A stretch of DNA of 31,109 nucleotides, from assembly GCA_016840465.1 (NCBI GenBank), contig JAEOSH010000019.1, positions 1 through 31,109 on the forward strand, given 5' to 3'. The stretch comes from Candidatus Baldrarchaeum yapensis (GTDB lineage: Archaea; Asgardarchaeota; Baldrarchaeia; Baldrarchaeales; Baldrarchaeaceae). The position numbers were made by a program, and so were the translations under genes. The notes under the pieces are model-generated. The model was not told the origin of the DNA and did not search any database. It saw nothing but the letters and a program-made list of their open reading frames with translations. Numbering within the stretch: the first letter of the stretch is position 1; each line of letters starts with the position of its first letter. Shown here piece by piece: positions 1 through 8,880 of this stretch.

Positions 1-79
1 GGCATCGGCCCGGGGGCGTCGGTCGCTGGTCCGAACGGCGCTGTCCGTCTCTGCCCCCTCGGGCCTCATCCTTTCCGCA

Positions 80-897
80 TCACACGCACGTCTTTCCGGT
101 GGCGATCCGCTCCACGTTCAGCGCAAGCGACAGCCACTTCACGAGGGCGTCTGCGCTCTCCACGAGCGCATACCTCAACGACCTCTTGAGTCTCGCCTTG
201 AGCCTCGAGCAGAAGCGCTCCCCCTCACTCCTGTGTCGGTACAGGTGTCTGAGGGCCTCGAAGACCCCCTCGTACCTCGCGGTCCACCCACGTCGTCTTC
301 CCCGGCGCGACGGCCTTCTCGGCTTGACGAGCAGGAACGCATTTCTCTCCAGGGTCTCTTCCACAACGCCCTTGCCGGAGTACGCGAAGTCCGCGAGGAC
401 GATGGCCTTTTCGGGGACGAATTTCAGGAGCGCCCTGTAGCCCTGAATGTCGGCTGTGGAGCCGTGAGTTGCGGTTGCCGCCACCACGATGTCGGATCGT
501 ATGTCGTAGAGGAAGTGCACCTTGAGTTTGAGGCCCTTTCGGCGGTGTGGGATTCCGGTGGAATCAGTGACTAGGAGGTTGGGGCTTCCGGCCATTTTCG
601 CGGCCGTTTTCATTGCCCAGTCCTTGAGTTTCGTCCACGCCCTATGGATTATTGCGGGCTGGGCGACGCTCCCACGATGAGGGGTGCGAGCTCCGCGGTT
701 CTCTTGAACGTCAGGTTGAGGAGTGCCTTTAACGCGCAGAGTGTGGCCAGCTGCCAGGGCTCTTACTTCGGCGGTCGTCCCCTTCGGCATCGTCTCTCCC
801 GTTCCCTCGGCGCTAGCCGGGTTGCCACATCGATGATAGCTTTAATAACGTTGCACTCACGTGGTATACTTGTGGGCTGGTCGGTGCGGGGGTGCAT
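80..897 (-). pseudogene. Disrupted DDE transposase
   Basis: The C-terminal frame has DSTG, ADFAYS and HRSEGER (DDE triad-like). The plausible N-terminus is in another frame from ATG 897: MHPRTDQ...RRGRPPK*EPWQLATLCALKALLNLTFKRTAELAPLIVGASP. It has an in-frame TAA at 765-763 (RGRPPK[Y]) and a 1-nt frameshift near 655-665. Confidence 0.75.
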
Positions 898-930
898 GGG
901 TCTATGGGGGCGGGCCGCCCCTATAGACCC
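898..930. repeat. Near-perfect 33-nt palindrome GGGTCTATGGGGGCGG-G-CCGCCCCTATAGACCC
   Basis: 16-nt arms with one G/T mismatch, directly abutting the inferred transposase ATG (897-895). Confidence 0.85.
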
Positions 931-1224
931 TAACCTTTACTTTTGTAAAATTATGAAACAGCCTCGCCGTAGTACCTATCGTAGCAAGCAATAGCTTCGT
1001 CTCTGAAATTTTTGCGTCCCCACACTATTTTGAACAAGAGTGTCGGTCATGTTGGTGCAAGAATCGAGATGCCAGAAATATTCATTTTTATCAATTTACA
1101 GTTTGATCATGGCATGCTCCTAGCAATTTTAATGTAATGTCGCGATTTTGAAGGAGATAATGAGTGAAGGATATTTGTGTGACGTTTCTTCTAGCCGTAT
1201 CACTCTATGTCTTTTTGCTTCATC

Positions 1225-1382
1225 GTGACACGGCCTCATCGGTTCCGCCTCGCCCAGAGGGCTCGCCTCCACGCCTCATCCCGTAGGGTCATGGGCGGCG
1301 GTCGAGGTTAACGGCACGGGCCTCCCATCCACGCTCAGCCCCGCGGGCTCGGAGCGCTGTTCTCATCGCCCGCGCACCCGTG
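1225..1382 (-). ncRNA. GC-rich structured RNA with several K-turn/C-box-like motifs; possible orphan TnpB omega-RNA-like (IS200/IS605 right-end) element
   Basis: 109/150 GC over 1231-1380, in AT-rich flanks. Stems: CGCTC-AGCCC/GGGCT-GAGCG (1332-1356), ATGGG/CCCAT (1291-1328), GCCC/GGGC (1252-1262), CACGG/CCGTG closure. GATGA motifs at 1363-1367, 1276-1280, 1236-1240 and 1220-1224. TATA-like element ~25 nt upstream. The strand assignment is inferred. Confidence 0.55.
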
Positions 1383-1400
1383 AAAATGATGGCGCACCAC

Positions 1401-1415
1401 ATTGTAAACGTTTTC
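1401..1415 (-). promoter_or_regulatory. Putative BRE/TATA-like promoter (GAAAACGTTTACAAT) for the structured RNA
   Basis: Purine-rich run plus TTTACAA ~25 nt upstream of the GC-rich block. Non-consensus TATA. Confidence 0.3.
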
Positions 1416-1456
1416 CCCGAAACACTATGACACAAAATCCTATAAAACGCTACAGT

Positions 1457-2110
1457 TTAATGTTTCTGCCCCTCACTCGTTGTCTTCGCGTCCAGCACGC
1501 CCTTCTTCTTTCTCAGCTCCACCTCTATTATCATCCTCGCGAGTTTGTAAAATGCCTTATCTACATTATCACCTCGTATCGCGCAAGTCTCGATATAAGG
1601 GACAGGAAGCTCAAGTATATTTTCGAGTTCCTTTGCAAGTTCCATTCCCAACTCCGTAGTGATGTGCGGAAATACCTTATCTCGTAAGTCTATCTTATTT
1701 GCGACAAGCACTATGGGAACCTTGTACCCGCAGTTCTTCAGGAGTTCCATTACCCAGAGCGGTACGTTTCTGAACGATGCGAGGTTTGAAACGTCATATA
1801 CGACCATAGCCCCGCGTGCGCCTTTATAGAAAGGCGCCCTTACTTCCTTAAAATGTGGTTGTCCCGCAAGATCCCAAATTTGGAACGTTATCATAGCTCT
1901 ATTTCCGATGGTTATCCTTTTTATTGAGAAATCGACGCCGAGGGTGGGAATATACTCCTCATGCAAACTCTCTCCCATAAATTTCTTCCTTAGAGTCGTC
2001 TTTCCGCAACCTCCATCCCCTATGAGGACAATCTTGCACGCTATGTGAATTTGACTCATAAACATGACCTCAAAGTCGCGTTTTCTGAGAGCAAACCGGA
2101 ACGTGCTCAT
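1457..2110 (-). CDS. Rab-like small GTPase (Ras superfamily)
   Basis: G1 GDGGCGKT, G2 YIPTLGVDF, G3 WDLAGQ, G4 NKID, G5 TCA. RabF-like LGVDF, FQIW, FYKGA and VVYDVS. No C-terminal Cys prenylation motif. The start may be a downstream Met. Confidence 0.93.
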   Translation of the reverse strand: MSTFRFALRKRDFEVMFMSQIHIACKIVLIGDGGCGKTTLRKKFMGESLHEEYIPTLGVDFSIKRITIGNRAMITFQIWDLAGQPHFKEVRAPFYKGARGAMVVYDVSNLASFRNVPLWVMELLKNCGYKVPIVLVANKIDLRDKVFPHITTELGMELAKELENILELPVPYIETCAIRGDNVDKAFYKLARMIIEVELRKKKGVLDAKTTSEGQKH

Positions 2111-2191
2111 TATCGATATTCGCTGACCACAATATTATGCGATTTCTTCTCCTAAATACTTTTTTCAGAGAGATGGTTGTGGGAGGATGTT

Positions 2192-3244
2192 TTATTCCAA
2201 ATTGCCTAGGGCATCTACAAAGCCCTTCACGAGTTCAATTGCGTTCTCCAAATCTCTCAGATCCAATAATGACGCCGCGCTATGGATATACCTCGTAGGA
2301 ACGCTCACAACACCGGATGGAACTCCGGATTTCGATACGTGGATTGCACCTGCATCGGTGCCGCCTGAAATTGTCTGTTTAAACTGATATGGTATTCCCA
2401 ACCTCTCTGCAACTTCCACCAGCAATTTCACAACCTTAGGATGCGCAATTAACGTATTATCAGCAATGGTAATCGCTGGGCCGCCACCCACCTTCGTTGA
2501 TGCCAGATGATCGGGAGTACCGGGAGTATCGGACGCCGTTGTCCCCTCTAGAGCAAGTGCAACATCGGGTTCTATCTGCCAAGCGGCAGTCCTTGCTCCC
2601 CGTAGCCCTACTTCCTCCTGTACGGTTGCTACCCCATAAACCGTGTATGGAGAGTCTTTTAGTAATCGCATAACCTCGATTAGCACCGTACACCCCGCGC
2701 GATCGTCAAACGCTTTACCAAGTACTCTGTTATTTCCTAAATCTACTAAGTTCGTTGCAAATACCGCTAGGGACCCTATCTTCACTCCTAAGTTCTTTAC
2801 CTCCTCTCGCGAAGACACGCCCACGTCTATGAAGAGTTGATCCACATCGGGTACGGTCTTTCTCTCCTCCGGCTTCAGCAAGTGCGGAGGTTTGGCGCCA
2901 ATGTACCCGTAAACTACCCCTTTATCCGTTTTTATCATAACCCTCTGCCCGTAGAGGGTCCTAGGATCTATACCCCCCAGATTAAAGAACCTGAGAAAGC
3001 CTTTATCGTCGATGTGCGTTATGAGGAGGGCAACCTCATCCATATGAGCTGAAAGCATAACCTTCGGTCCCGACCCCTCATGAACCGCTATTACGTTCCC
3101 CAGCTTGTCGACTCTGACTTCATCGGCCACACCTTCCAACTCCCTAATCATGATCTCCCGAACCTCATCCTCATATCCAGGAGGACCGTACGCCTCGGAG
3201 AGTTCCTTAAGCAGAGACAATATTCTGAGTCTGGCGTTTTCCAT
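2192..3244 (-). CDS. M42 family (TET-like) aminopeptidase
   Basis: HMDE, KAFDDRAG, QEEVGLRGA, GGTDAG and RYIHS motifs; GGAGGTGA RBS 4 nt before the ATG. Confidence 0.95.
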   Translation of the reverse strand: MENARLRILSLLKELSEAYGPPGYEDEVREIMIRELEGVADEVRVDKLGNVIAVHEGSGPKVMLSAHMDEVALLITHIDDKGFLRFFNLGGIDPRTLYGQRVMIKTDKGVVYGYIGAKPPHLLKPEERKTVPDVDQLFIDVGVSSREEVKNLGVKIGSLAVFATNLVDLGNNRVLGKAFDDRAGCTVLIEVMRLLKDSPYTVYGVATVQEEVGLRGARTAAWQIEPDVALALEGTTASDTPGTPDHLASTKVGGGPAITIADNTLIAHPKVVKLLVEVAERLGIPYQFKQTISGGTDAGAIHVSKSGVPSGVVSVPTRYIHSAASLLDLRDLENAIELVKGFVDALGNLE

Positions 3245-3255
3245 GTCTTCACCTC

Positions 3256-3519
3256 CTACTCTTCATATTTCTCAACATCTTCAAGTTCTCCCATGGCCTT
3301 CAACATTTCTCTCTCCCACTGTGCTCTTCTTATGAAAAATTCTTCCATTTTAACGTCCTTTTGAGTATTTATGCAGTCAGGGCAGAAGAACTTCGGCTCA
3401 ACGCCAGCACATCCGCTTGGCCAGAAATCCAACTCCACGCAATCCCAACATAAAGGCTTCCCGCAACTCTCACATTTTAAAGGGGCCTCTTCGGCCCCGC
3501 AGATGGCACACTTTACTAT
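3256..3519 (-). CDS. Small Cys-rich zinc-finger protein (87 aa), apparent ATA start
   Basis: The frame is open 27 codons upstream of the tracked GTG: IVKCAICGAEEAPLKCESCGKPLCWDCVELDFWPSGCAGVEPKFFCPDC, then a helical tail. GGGGGTGA RBS followed by AAGACA-ATA, with an in-frame TGA just upstream. The stop overlaps the RBS of the M42 gene. Confidence 0.7.
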   Translation of the reverse strand: MVKCAICGAEEAPLKCESCGKPLCWDCVELDFWPSGCAGVEPKFFCPDCINTQKDVKMEEFFIRRAQWEREMLKAMGELEDVEKYEE

Positions 3520-3631
3520 TGTCTTTCACCCCCGTGTGCCTGTTCTAAGAAGGTATCCTTAATTAGCGATAATAATCTTGCTACATTCTTGGCATGTGAG
3601 AGCGCACGGCGGGGTGTTTCTGATAAGGTTA

Positions 3632-4771
3632 ATGTACATGGTCACGCTGATGCCCGGACTCGAAGAAGTAGCGTCGCAGGAAATCTCCGAGTTGGGAGGA
3701 AAGATAATCGAGATAAGATCGGGTCACGGAAGGATTCTCTTCGAGGGAGATATCGACCTGATACCCAAACTTAACTATCTCGCGAGGACGATAGAAAGGG
3801 TCCTCGCCCTGCTAACAGTCGAGAAGTTTCAAACGCTCGATGACATATACAAGATAGTGAAGTCGCTCGACTTCCGCGAGTGGATAAGGCCTGACCAATC
3901 CTTTGCAATAAGACCACTAAGGGTGGGGGAGCATGACTTTACATCGATAGATGTCGGGAGAGTTGCGGGTCAGGCGGTCATAGACAACTACCTCGAGGCC
4001 AAAGGCGTCCGGTTAAAGGTAAACCTCAACAATCCAGATGTGATAATAAGAGTGGACGTGATATTCGACACCGTATACGTGGGTATCGATACCACAGGGG
4101 ATACGGCACTTCACAAACGCGGATACAGGATCTACCAGCACCCGGCTCCTTTAAATCCATCTATTGCCGCATCACTCATCCGGCTTGCCGGATGGAAGGT
4201 AGATGAAAGATTTCTCGATCCCATGTGCGGTAGCGGCACAATACTAATAGAAGCGGCCATGATGGGGCGTAATATCCCTCCCGGAAAATTCAGAGTTACA
4301 AATTATGCCTTTCATAAAATACTCGGGGAAGATACACTGAAAAGGGTCATGGCGTCTGTTCAAGAGAAAAGGGATCTCTTAATGGAACTGTATGGGGTGG
4401 AGAAATTCAGGAAGCACATCAAGGGAGCACTTATAAACGCGGACAAGGCGGGAGTGTTTGACACCATAACAGTAATAAGAGGCGATGCAACCCGGCTCGA
4501 GGAACTTTTTAGAGATCCGTTCGACGTCGTAGTCGTTAATCCTCCTTACGGTTTGAGGATTGCAAGAAAGGGCATAATCAGGGATTTGTACTTTGGTTTT
4601 CTTAGATCGCTGAAAAACCTGTTGCATGAACGGTCACGAGTCGTAATAATAACATCTGAGGACGAAGTTCTCAGAAGCGCAGCCATGAAGAACAAGTACG
4701 TGATACGTAGGGAAATGCGAGTAAAGTACGGCGACCTGGACACAACAGTTTTCCTCATGGGGATAACTTAA
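3632..4771 (+). CDS. trm14: THUMP-domain tRNA m2G methyltransferase (Trm14-like)
   Basis: N-terminal GLEEVASQE, THUMP region, LHKRGYR, DPMCGSGT and NPPYG. Start is 3614 (GTG) or 3632 (ATG). Confidence 0.85.
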   Translation: MYMVTLMPGLEEVASQEISELGGKIIEIRSGHGRILFEGDIDLIPKLNYLARTIERVLALLTVEKFQTLDDIYKIVKSLDFREWIRPDQSFAIRPLRVGEHDFTSIDVGRVAGQAVIDNYLEAKGVRLKVNLNNPDVIIRVDVIFDTVYVGIDTTGDTALHKRGYRIYQHPAPLNPSIAASLIRLAGWKVDERFLDPMCGSGTILIEAAMMGRNIPPGKFRVTNYAFHKILGEDTLKRVMASVQEKRDLLMELYGVEKFRKHIKGALINADKAGVFDTITVIRGDATRLEELFRDPFDVVVVNPPYGLRIARKGIIRDLYFGFLRSLKNLLHERSRVVIITSEDEVLRSAAMKNKYVIRREMRVKYGDLDTTVFLMGIT

Positions 4772-6120
4772 CACGCCCGTATTCTTCTAGAGATAGCCCA
4801 GTAGACGAACTCGTATAGGTCCCTGAGATTGCTGACATGGAAGCACTTCGCACCCGCCGCTTGATAGTAGATAACGGCAGAGTCCCCTGTGTTCCAGCGG
4901 CTTGGGTCCTCCGGATTGAGAATAATGACATCTTTACATTCTCTTGCCATTTGCTCAATATATTTCGAAGATATCGGACCTTCCTCGGTCCACGTGCCCA
5001 GATGATCGCGGCAATCCGATAATATCATCACAATAGATTTCTTAGAACGATATCCCCTCGTTCTCTCCAAAAACTCCTTAAACGCCGTTTCCATATTACT
5101 ATGAGAACCTCCGACAAGATCCCACAGCGAAGAAACCTGCTCAAAAAGGCTCTCCATAAGATTCACATCTAACTTCTCGGACACGTCAAAGACCTTATCG
5201 GTAAAGAGGTAGCACCTCACGTTCCTCAATGCCCTCTTGATGCCAACCGTAAGTATTAAAAAGAACTCGGAAATCCACGCCATACTTCCAGACACGTCAC
5301 ACAGCACAAAAAGATCCGGTTTTTCAACCCGTCTGGCTTTAAATGCTGGTTCTATAAGTACACCTCCGTGTTCCACGGACTTCCTTATCGTCTTTCTGAG
5401 ATCTATTCTCCCACGTTTTGCAATCTTCTCTCTTCTTATGAGGCGCGTTGCAAGAACACGCGATAACCTCCTGAGAATTCTCTCGACTCTCATTACATTT
5501 TCCAGAAAGAACGAGATGTCTCCGAGGTATTCGTCAAACCTCATGTTCAGAAAGTCCCTTTCTTCAAAGTTCTCCAGCGCTTCCATCACGGAAGTGTACT
5601 CCTCCGGCCCCAACTCCTGCAAAATTTTAGATTTTGCAAACTCTAATCCCTCATTAATAGCATTTAGCCTCCTATCAAATTCCTCAAACGTCCTGCTCTC
5701 GAGAGCGGCCACTGCTCGCAACACATTGGCGGTCTGCTGAAGAGCGGATCCTACAGTTGGAGCCTCACCAGATCCCATCAGGGCTAGATGCACAAGAGCC
5801 TCACCTATAAGTGTACTATCTCCCTCCAGAACCCCCCTCACGGCATCCTCAAACGTTAATCTTTCACCATCTTTTGCAACGTCTGATGTCTTTTGGACCT
5901 CCTCGGCAATCTTCCCAAAGAACATATCAAAGACTTCGTCGAATATTCTCCTATCTTCATGTCTCTTTACCAGACATGCAGCAAGCCCCTCCCTTAAGGT
6001 TTCGACATCTAAATCCAGAATTGTAAGTGCAAGATTCGCATCAATCGCCTCCGATACTCCTACATTTACACCTCTTGCCCTTAAGGCCCTTATGAACTCC
6101 TCCAGCAAACCAGTCACCAT
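4768..6120 (-). CDS. CoxE-like VWA-domain protein
   Basis: LRARGVNVG N-terminus, GRIDLRKTIRKS, MIDAS DVSGS, ILSD and ILNPE motifs; adjacent to a MoxR ATPase. Confidence 0.88.
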   Translation of the reverse strand: MVTGLLEEFIRALRARGVNVGVSEAIDANLALTILDLDVETLREGLAACLVKRHEDRRIFDEVFDMFFGKIAEEVQKTSDVAKDGERLTFEDAVRGVLEGDSTLIGEALVHLALMGSGEAPTVGSALQQTANVLRAVAALESRTFEEFDRRLNAINEGLEFAKSKILQELGPEEYTSVMEALENFEERDFLNMRFDEYLGDISFFLENVMRVERILRRLSRVLATRLIRREKIAKRGRIDLRKTIRKSVEHGGVLIEPAFKARRVEKPDLFVLCDVSGSMAWISEFFLILTVGIKRALRNVRCYLFTDKVFDVSEKLDVNLMESLFEQVSSLWDLVGGSHSNMETAFKEFLERTRGYRSKKSIVMILSDCRDHLGTWTEEGPISSKYIEQMARECKDVIILNPEDPSRWNTGDSAVIYYQAAGAKCFHVSNLRDLYEFVYWAISRRIRAC

Positions 6121-6998
6121 TTACCTGAACTATCTCCCTGAAGGAGTTTTTCGAGGCCATAATCGAGTACCATGTCTATATCATTCTGAACTTTAAGTAA
6201 GGTTGTGAGAAGGTCCTCAACTATCCTCGGGTCCAGATCGGTAATGTTCATCGCCATTACTGACTTCGCAAAGTCTATGGCCTCCGAAATTGACGGAACC
6301 TTCTGCAACTTCATTGAACGTAGCCTATTTACGAACAGAACTATCTTTTCAAGAACTTTCTCCTCTATTCCCGGGCAATGCGCCTTTATGATCCTCTTTT
6401 CCAACTCCATAGGCGGAAAGTCGAGATAAAGATATATGCACCTCCTTCTCAGGGGCTCTGATAGTTCACGTGAGTTGTTCGATGTAATGACAGTGTAGAG
6501 TTTCTGCCCCTCGGGGGCCCTTATTGTTCCGAGCTCGGGGATCGTTATCTGTCTCTCTCCGAGAAACTCTAAGAGGAAAGCCTCGAACGCCTCATCCGCC
6601 TTATCTATTTCATCTATCAGCAGCACCGCCTTTTCAGATCTTAGCGCCTTGAGGAGAGGACGTTCAAGCAGAAACTCCTCCGAAAAAATCGACGCCTCTG
6701 TGTCATCTAAGGATCCACGCGCACTGTCTATCTGTATCCTCAGGATCTGCTTATGGTAGTTCCACTCGTATATTGTCTGCTCCACGAGGATTCCCTCGTA
6801 GCACTGAAGTCTTATGAGGGGATACCCCAGCATCTTCGAAAGCGCTATCCCGAGGCTTGTCTTACCACATCCAGCTGGTCCCTCGATTAGGAGCGGCTTT
6901 TCCAAGTTCAACGCTAGAAAGACGGCTGTTACGATCTTTTTGCTGGGAATGTAACCTACATCAATAAGTCTCTTTTCGATCTCCTCCATCGTAAGCAT
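6114..6998 (-). CDS. MoxR-family AAA+ ATPase (CoxD-like)
   Basis: Walker A GPAGCGKT, RLQCYEG, Walker B LLIDEIDKAD, TSN and LRRRC; overlaps the VWA gene. Confidence 0.92.
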   Translation of the reverse strand: MLTMEEIEKRLIDVGYIPSKKIVTAVFLALNLEKPLLIEGPAGCGKTSLGIALSKMLGYPLIRLQCYEGILVEQTIYEWNYHKQILRIQIDSARGSLDDTEASIFSEEFLLERPLLKALRSEKAVLLIDEIDKADEAFEAFLLEFLGERQITIPELGTIRAPEGQKLYTVITSNNSRELSEPLRRRCIYLYLDFPPMELEKRIIKAHCPGIEEKVLEKIVLFVNRLRSMKLQKVPSISEAIDFAKSVMAMNITDLDPRIVEDLLTTLLKVQNDIDMVLDYGLEKLLQGDSSGKW

Positions 6999-7430
6999 CT
7001 TATCATCCTCGCGACACTTTCAGGTTTAACGTTATCATTACCGAATCGTCGTGACAAGCAAGATTGCATATACCGGGTACTCACTATACTCCTAGGGGAA
7101 ACAAAAATCTACCCATTTAGAATCGCTAAACGACAATATCAGTCCCCAGATGGAATTTAAAAACTAAATTTTTCGTTTAAAAGTATTATCGATGATATGA
7201 GCGATGGTCTTCGGCTTTAATGTCCAAATTTTTCAATTTTTAAAGATCTCCTCATCATTACGCCTTTACGCAGTGGAATCACCACAAAAATAGGATATGA
7301 TCAAAAATCTAAGCAACAAAAATGATAATTTTCAAGTTGCGTGGTGGCATTATTAATAGCATTCTCGGCAGGGGCGGTGTGTTTTATTTTCTTTTAGGTG
7401 TAGGTGAGTACGACGACTACGAGGACCTTA

Positions 7431-7924
7431 GTGGGGAGATTTAAACGTCTTCATAGATACGGAAATCTGGGCGTACGCCTATAAGAAGCCGAATAGGAGG
7501 TTTTTCCCTACCGAGGAAGAGTACCGGAAGAACCTTGGACTCCATAAGCGTGCAAATGATTTCTTAAAGACGATGCTTAGAACGGCGACAATATACATGA
7601 GTCTTCATCAGCTCTCCGAGATCTATCACGTCCTCGCCTATAAGGGGAAGGGGGCCCTAGCTAAAGATTTTGCGAAATCAATAATTAATTCGATTATTGG
7701 GAGCGACCGTGTAGTAATCGTGAATGTGAAGCGGGCGCACTTCAACGGGGGCGCTTGAGCGCAGCGTTCGTAGCTACATACACATCTGGGACTTCCTGTG
7801 CATAATCCCCGTAAAGGATGAGATAGATGTCGCGTACTCCATGGACAAGCACTTCCTTCACCGCGAAATAAGGAGCCTCGTCCCGAGAGTCGAAAACCCC
7901 ATCGGGGAATGGAAAATCCTGTGA
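7431..7924 (+). pseudogene. Disrupted PIN-domain (VapC-like) toxin, with a possible antitoxin 3' remnant just upstream
   Basis: VFIDTEIWAYAY begins at 7447 with no in-frame start. An extra G in the G5 run at 7747-7751 splits it from the frame ALERSVRSYIHIWDFL...AYSMDKHF...WKIL* (ends 7924). A short acidic frame ...GVGEYDDYEDLSGEI* overlaps its 5' end. Confidence 0.75.
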
Positions 7925-8070
7925 CGTGAGCAAGTCCATTCTGTTTCATTATGGCTTTTAGTATGTATAGTTTCTTAGGAGACCTGTCCGGTTTTGAAAT
8001 ATAAAAGAAATGCATACCGGTACTTTAATGGCCAATCTGTCATGGACAAAATTAAAATCTTAATAATTCT

Positions 8071-8778
8071 TTAGAACGCAAGTATCCCCTCCTCTTGTGC
8101 CCTCTTAAGTATTCTAAGAACTTCCTCATCGGAAAGATCATGCCACTCTTGGTACGCATCTGCAACTGCATACACCAGTCCGCGCCGGGCATTAAGGCAT
8201 ACGAGAAGATCGACATCCCTTTTAAGCCGCATTGCGGATTCAACGTGGCACGTCGGAACCGCAATTATAACTTCCTTCGTACCAAGTCTTTTCAGAAATC
8301 TGACAGCAGAAAACATCGTGTAACCGGCCGCAATCCCATCGTCTACGACTATAGCCGTAACTCCATCCAACCGCTCATAATCTTTCCCCGCTCTAAAAAT
8401 TCTAATGCGTCTCTTTATTTCGTACAACTGTTCATCCACTGCCGCTCGGACGTCCTCATCCGTTAGTCCTAACTCCCGTGCAAAAACCTCATTTATGAAA
8501 ACCGTACCATCCGGCGCCACAGATCCAAACCCCGCCTCCCTATTCCATGGAATCAACACCTTCCTGCATATTAGCACATCCAATTTCGTATTCAGAGCCT
8601 TTGCTACTTCATAACCTACGGGAACCCCACCCGCTGGTATTGCGAAAACTATGTCTCCTCTTATGTCAAGCTCTTTTAATTTCTCCCCGAGACGTCTACC
8701 CGCATCAGCCCTATCCTTGAATACATAAAACTTATCCGAGAGTTCTTGGTCACATACGAACTTTCCCATGGCCACCAC
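8071..8778 (-). CDS. Type I phosphoribosyltransferase-family protein
   Basis: FKDRADAGRRL, AIPAGGVPVG, and PRPP loop IVVDDGIAAGYT. Confidence 0.9.
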   Translation of the reverse strand: MVAMGKFVCDQELSDKFYVFKDRADAGRRLGEKLKELDIRGDIVFAIPAGGVPVGYEVAKALNTKLDVLICRKVLIPWNREAGFGSVAPDGTVFINEVFARELGLTDEDVRAAVDEQLYEIKRRIRIFRAGKDYERLDGVTAIVVDDGIAAGYTMFSAVRFLKRLGTKEVIIAVPTCHVESAMRLKRDVDLLVCLNARRGLVYAVADAYQEWHDLSDEEVLRILKRAQEEGILAF

Positions 8779-8880
8779 ACACTACCACCACTGCAATATG
8801 ATAATTTGTACCACTATTTTTATATGCCAATCACGGCGGAAAGTTACGTCAGCGCCGTTAAACTCGTCGCGCGGGATTTT

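Larger units (their letters stand above)
1..930 (-). mobile_element. GC-rich IS element carrying a DDE (IS4/IS5-like, DDE_Tnp_1) transposase; one end probably lies at or beyond the window start
   Basis: Clearly more GC-rich than the rest of the window, dropping after ~930. Contains the transposase reading frames and a 33-nt palindrome at 898-930. No paired TIR or TSD is visible. Confidence 0.7.

Noticed and set aside
644-790. The tracked N-terminus of the transposase ORF (MPKGTTAEV...) and the + strand ORFs over the IS
   Set aside because: Alternative-frame artefacts of GC-rich DNA; the transposase-like N-terminus is in another frame.
1225-1382. RNase P RNA, SRP RNA or tRNA identity for the GC-rich block
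   Set aside because: No GAGGAAAGUCC or ACAGAA RNase P motifs, no SRP helix-8 GCCAGG/GGAAG motif, and no cloverleaf or T-loop.
7200-7260. Minus-strand ATGATGA...CCGA as a C/D sRNA
   Set aside because: AT-rich spacers, no terminal stem and no recognisable rRNA complement.
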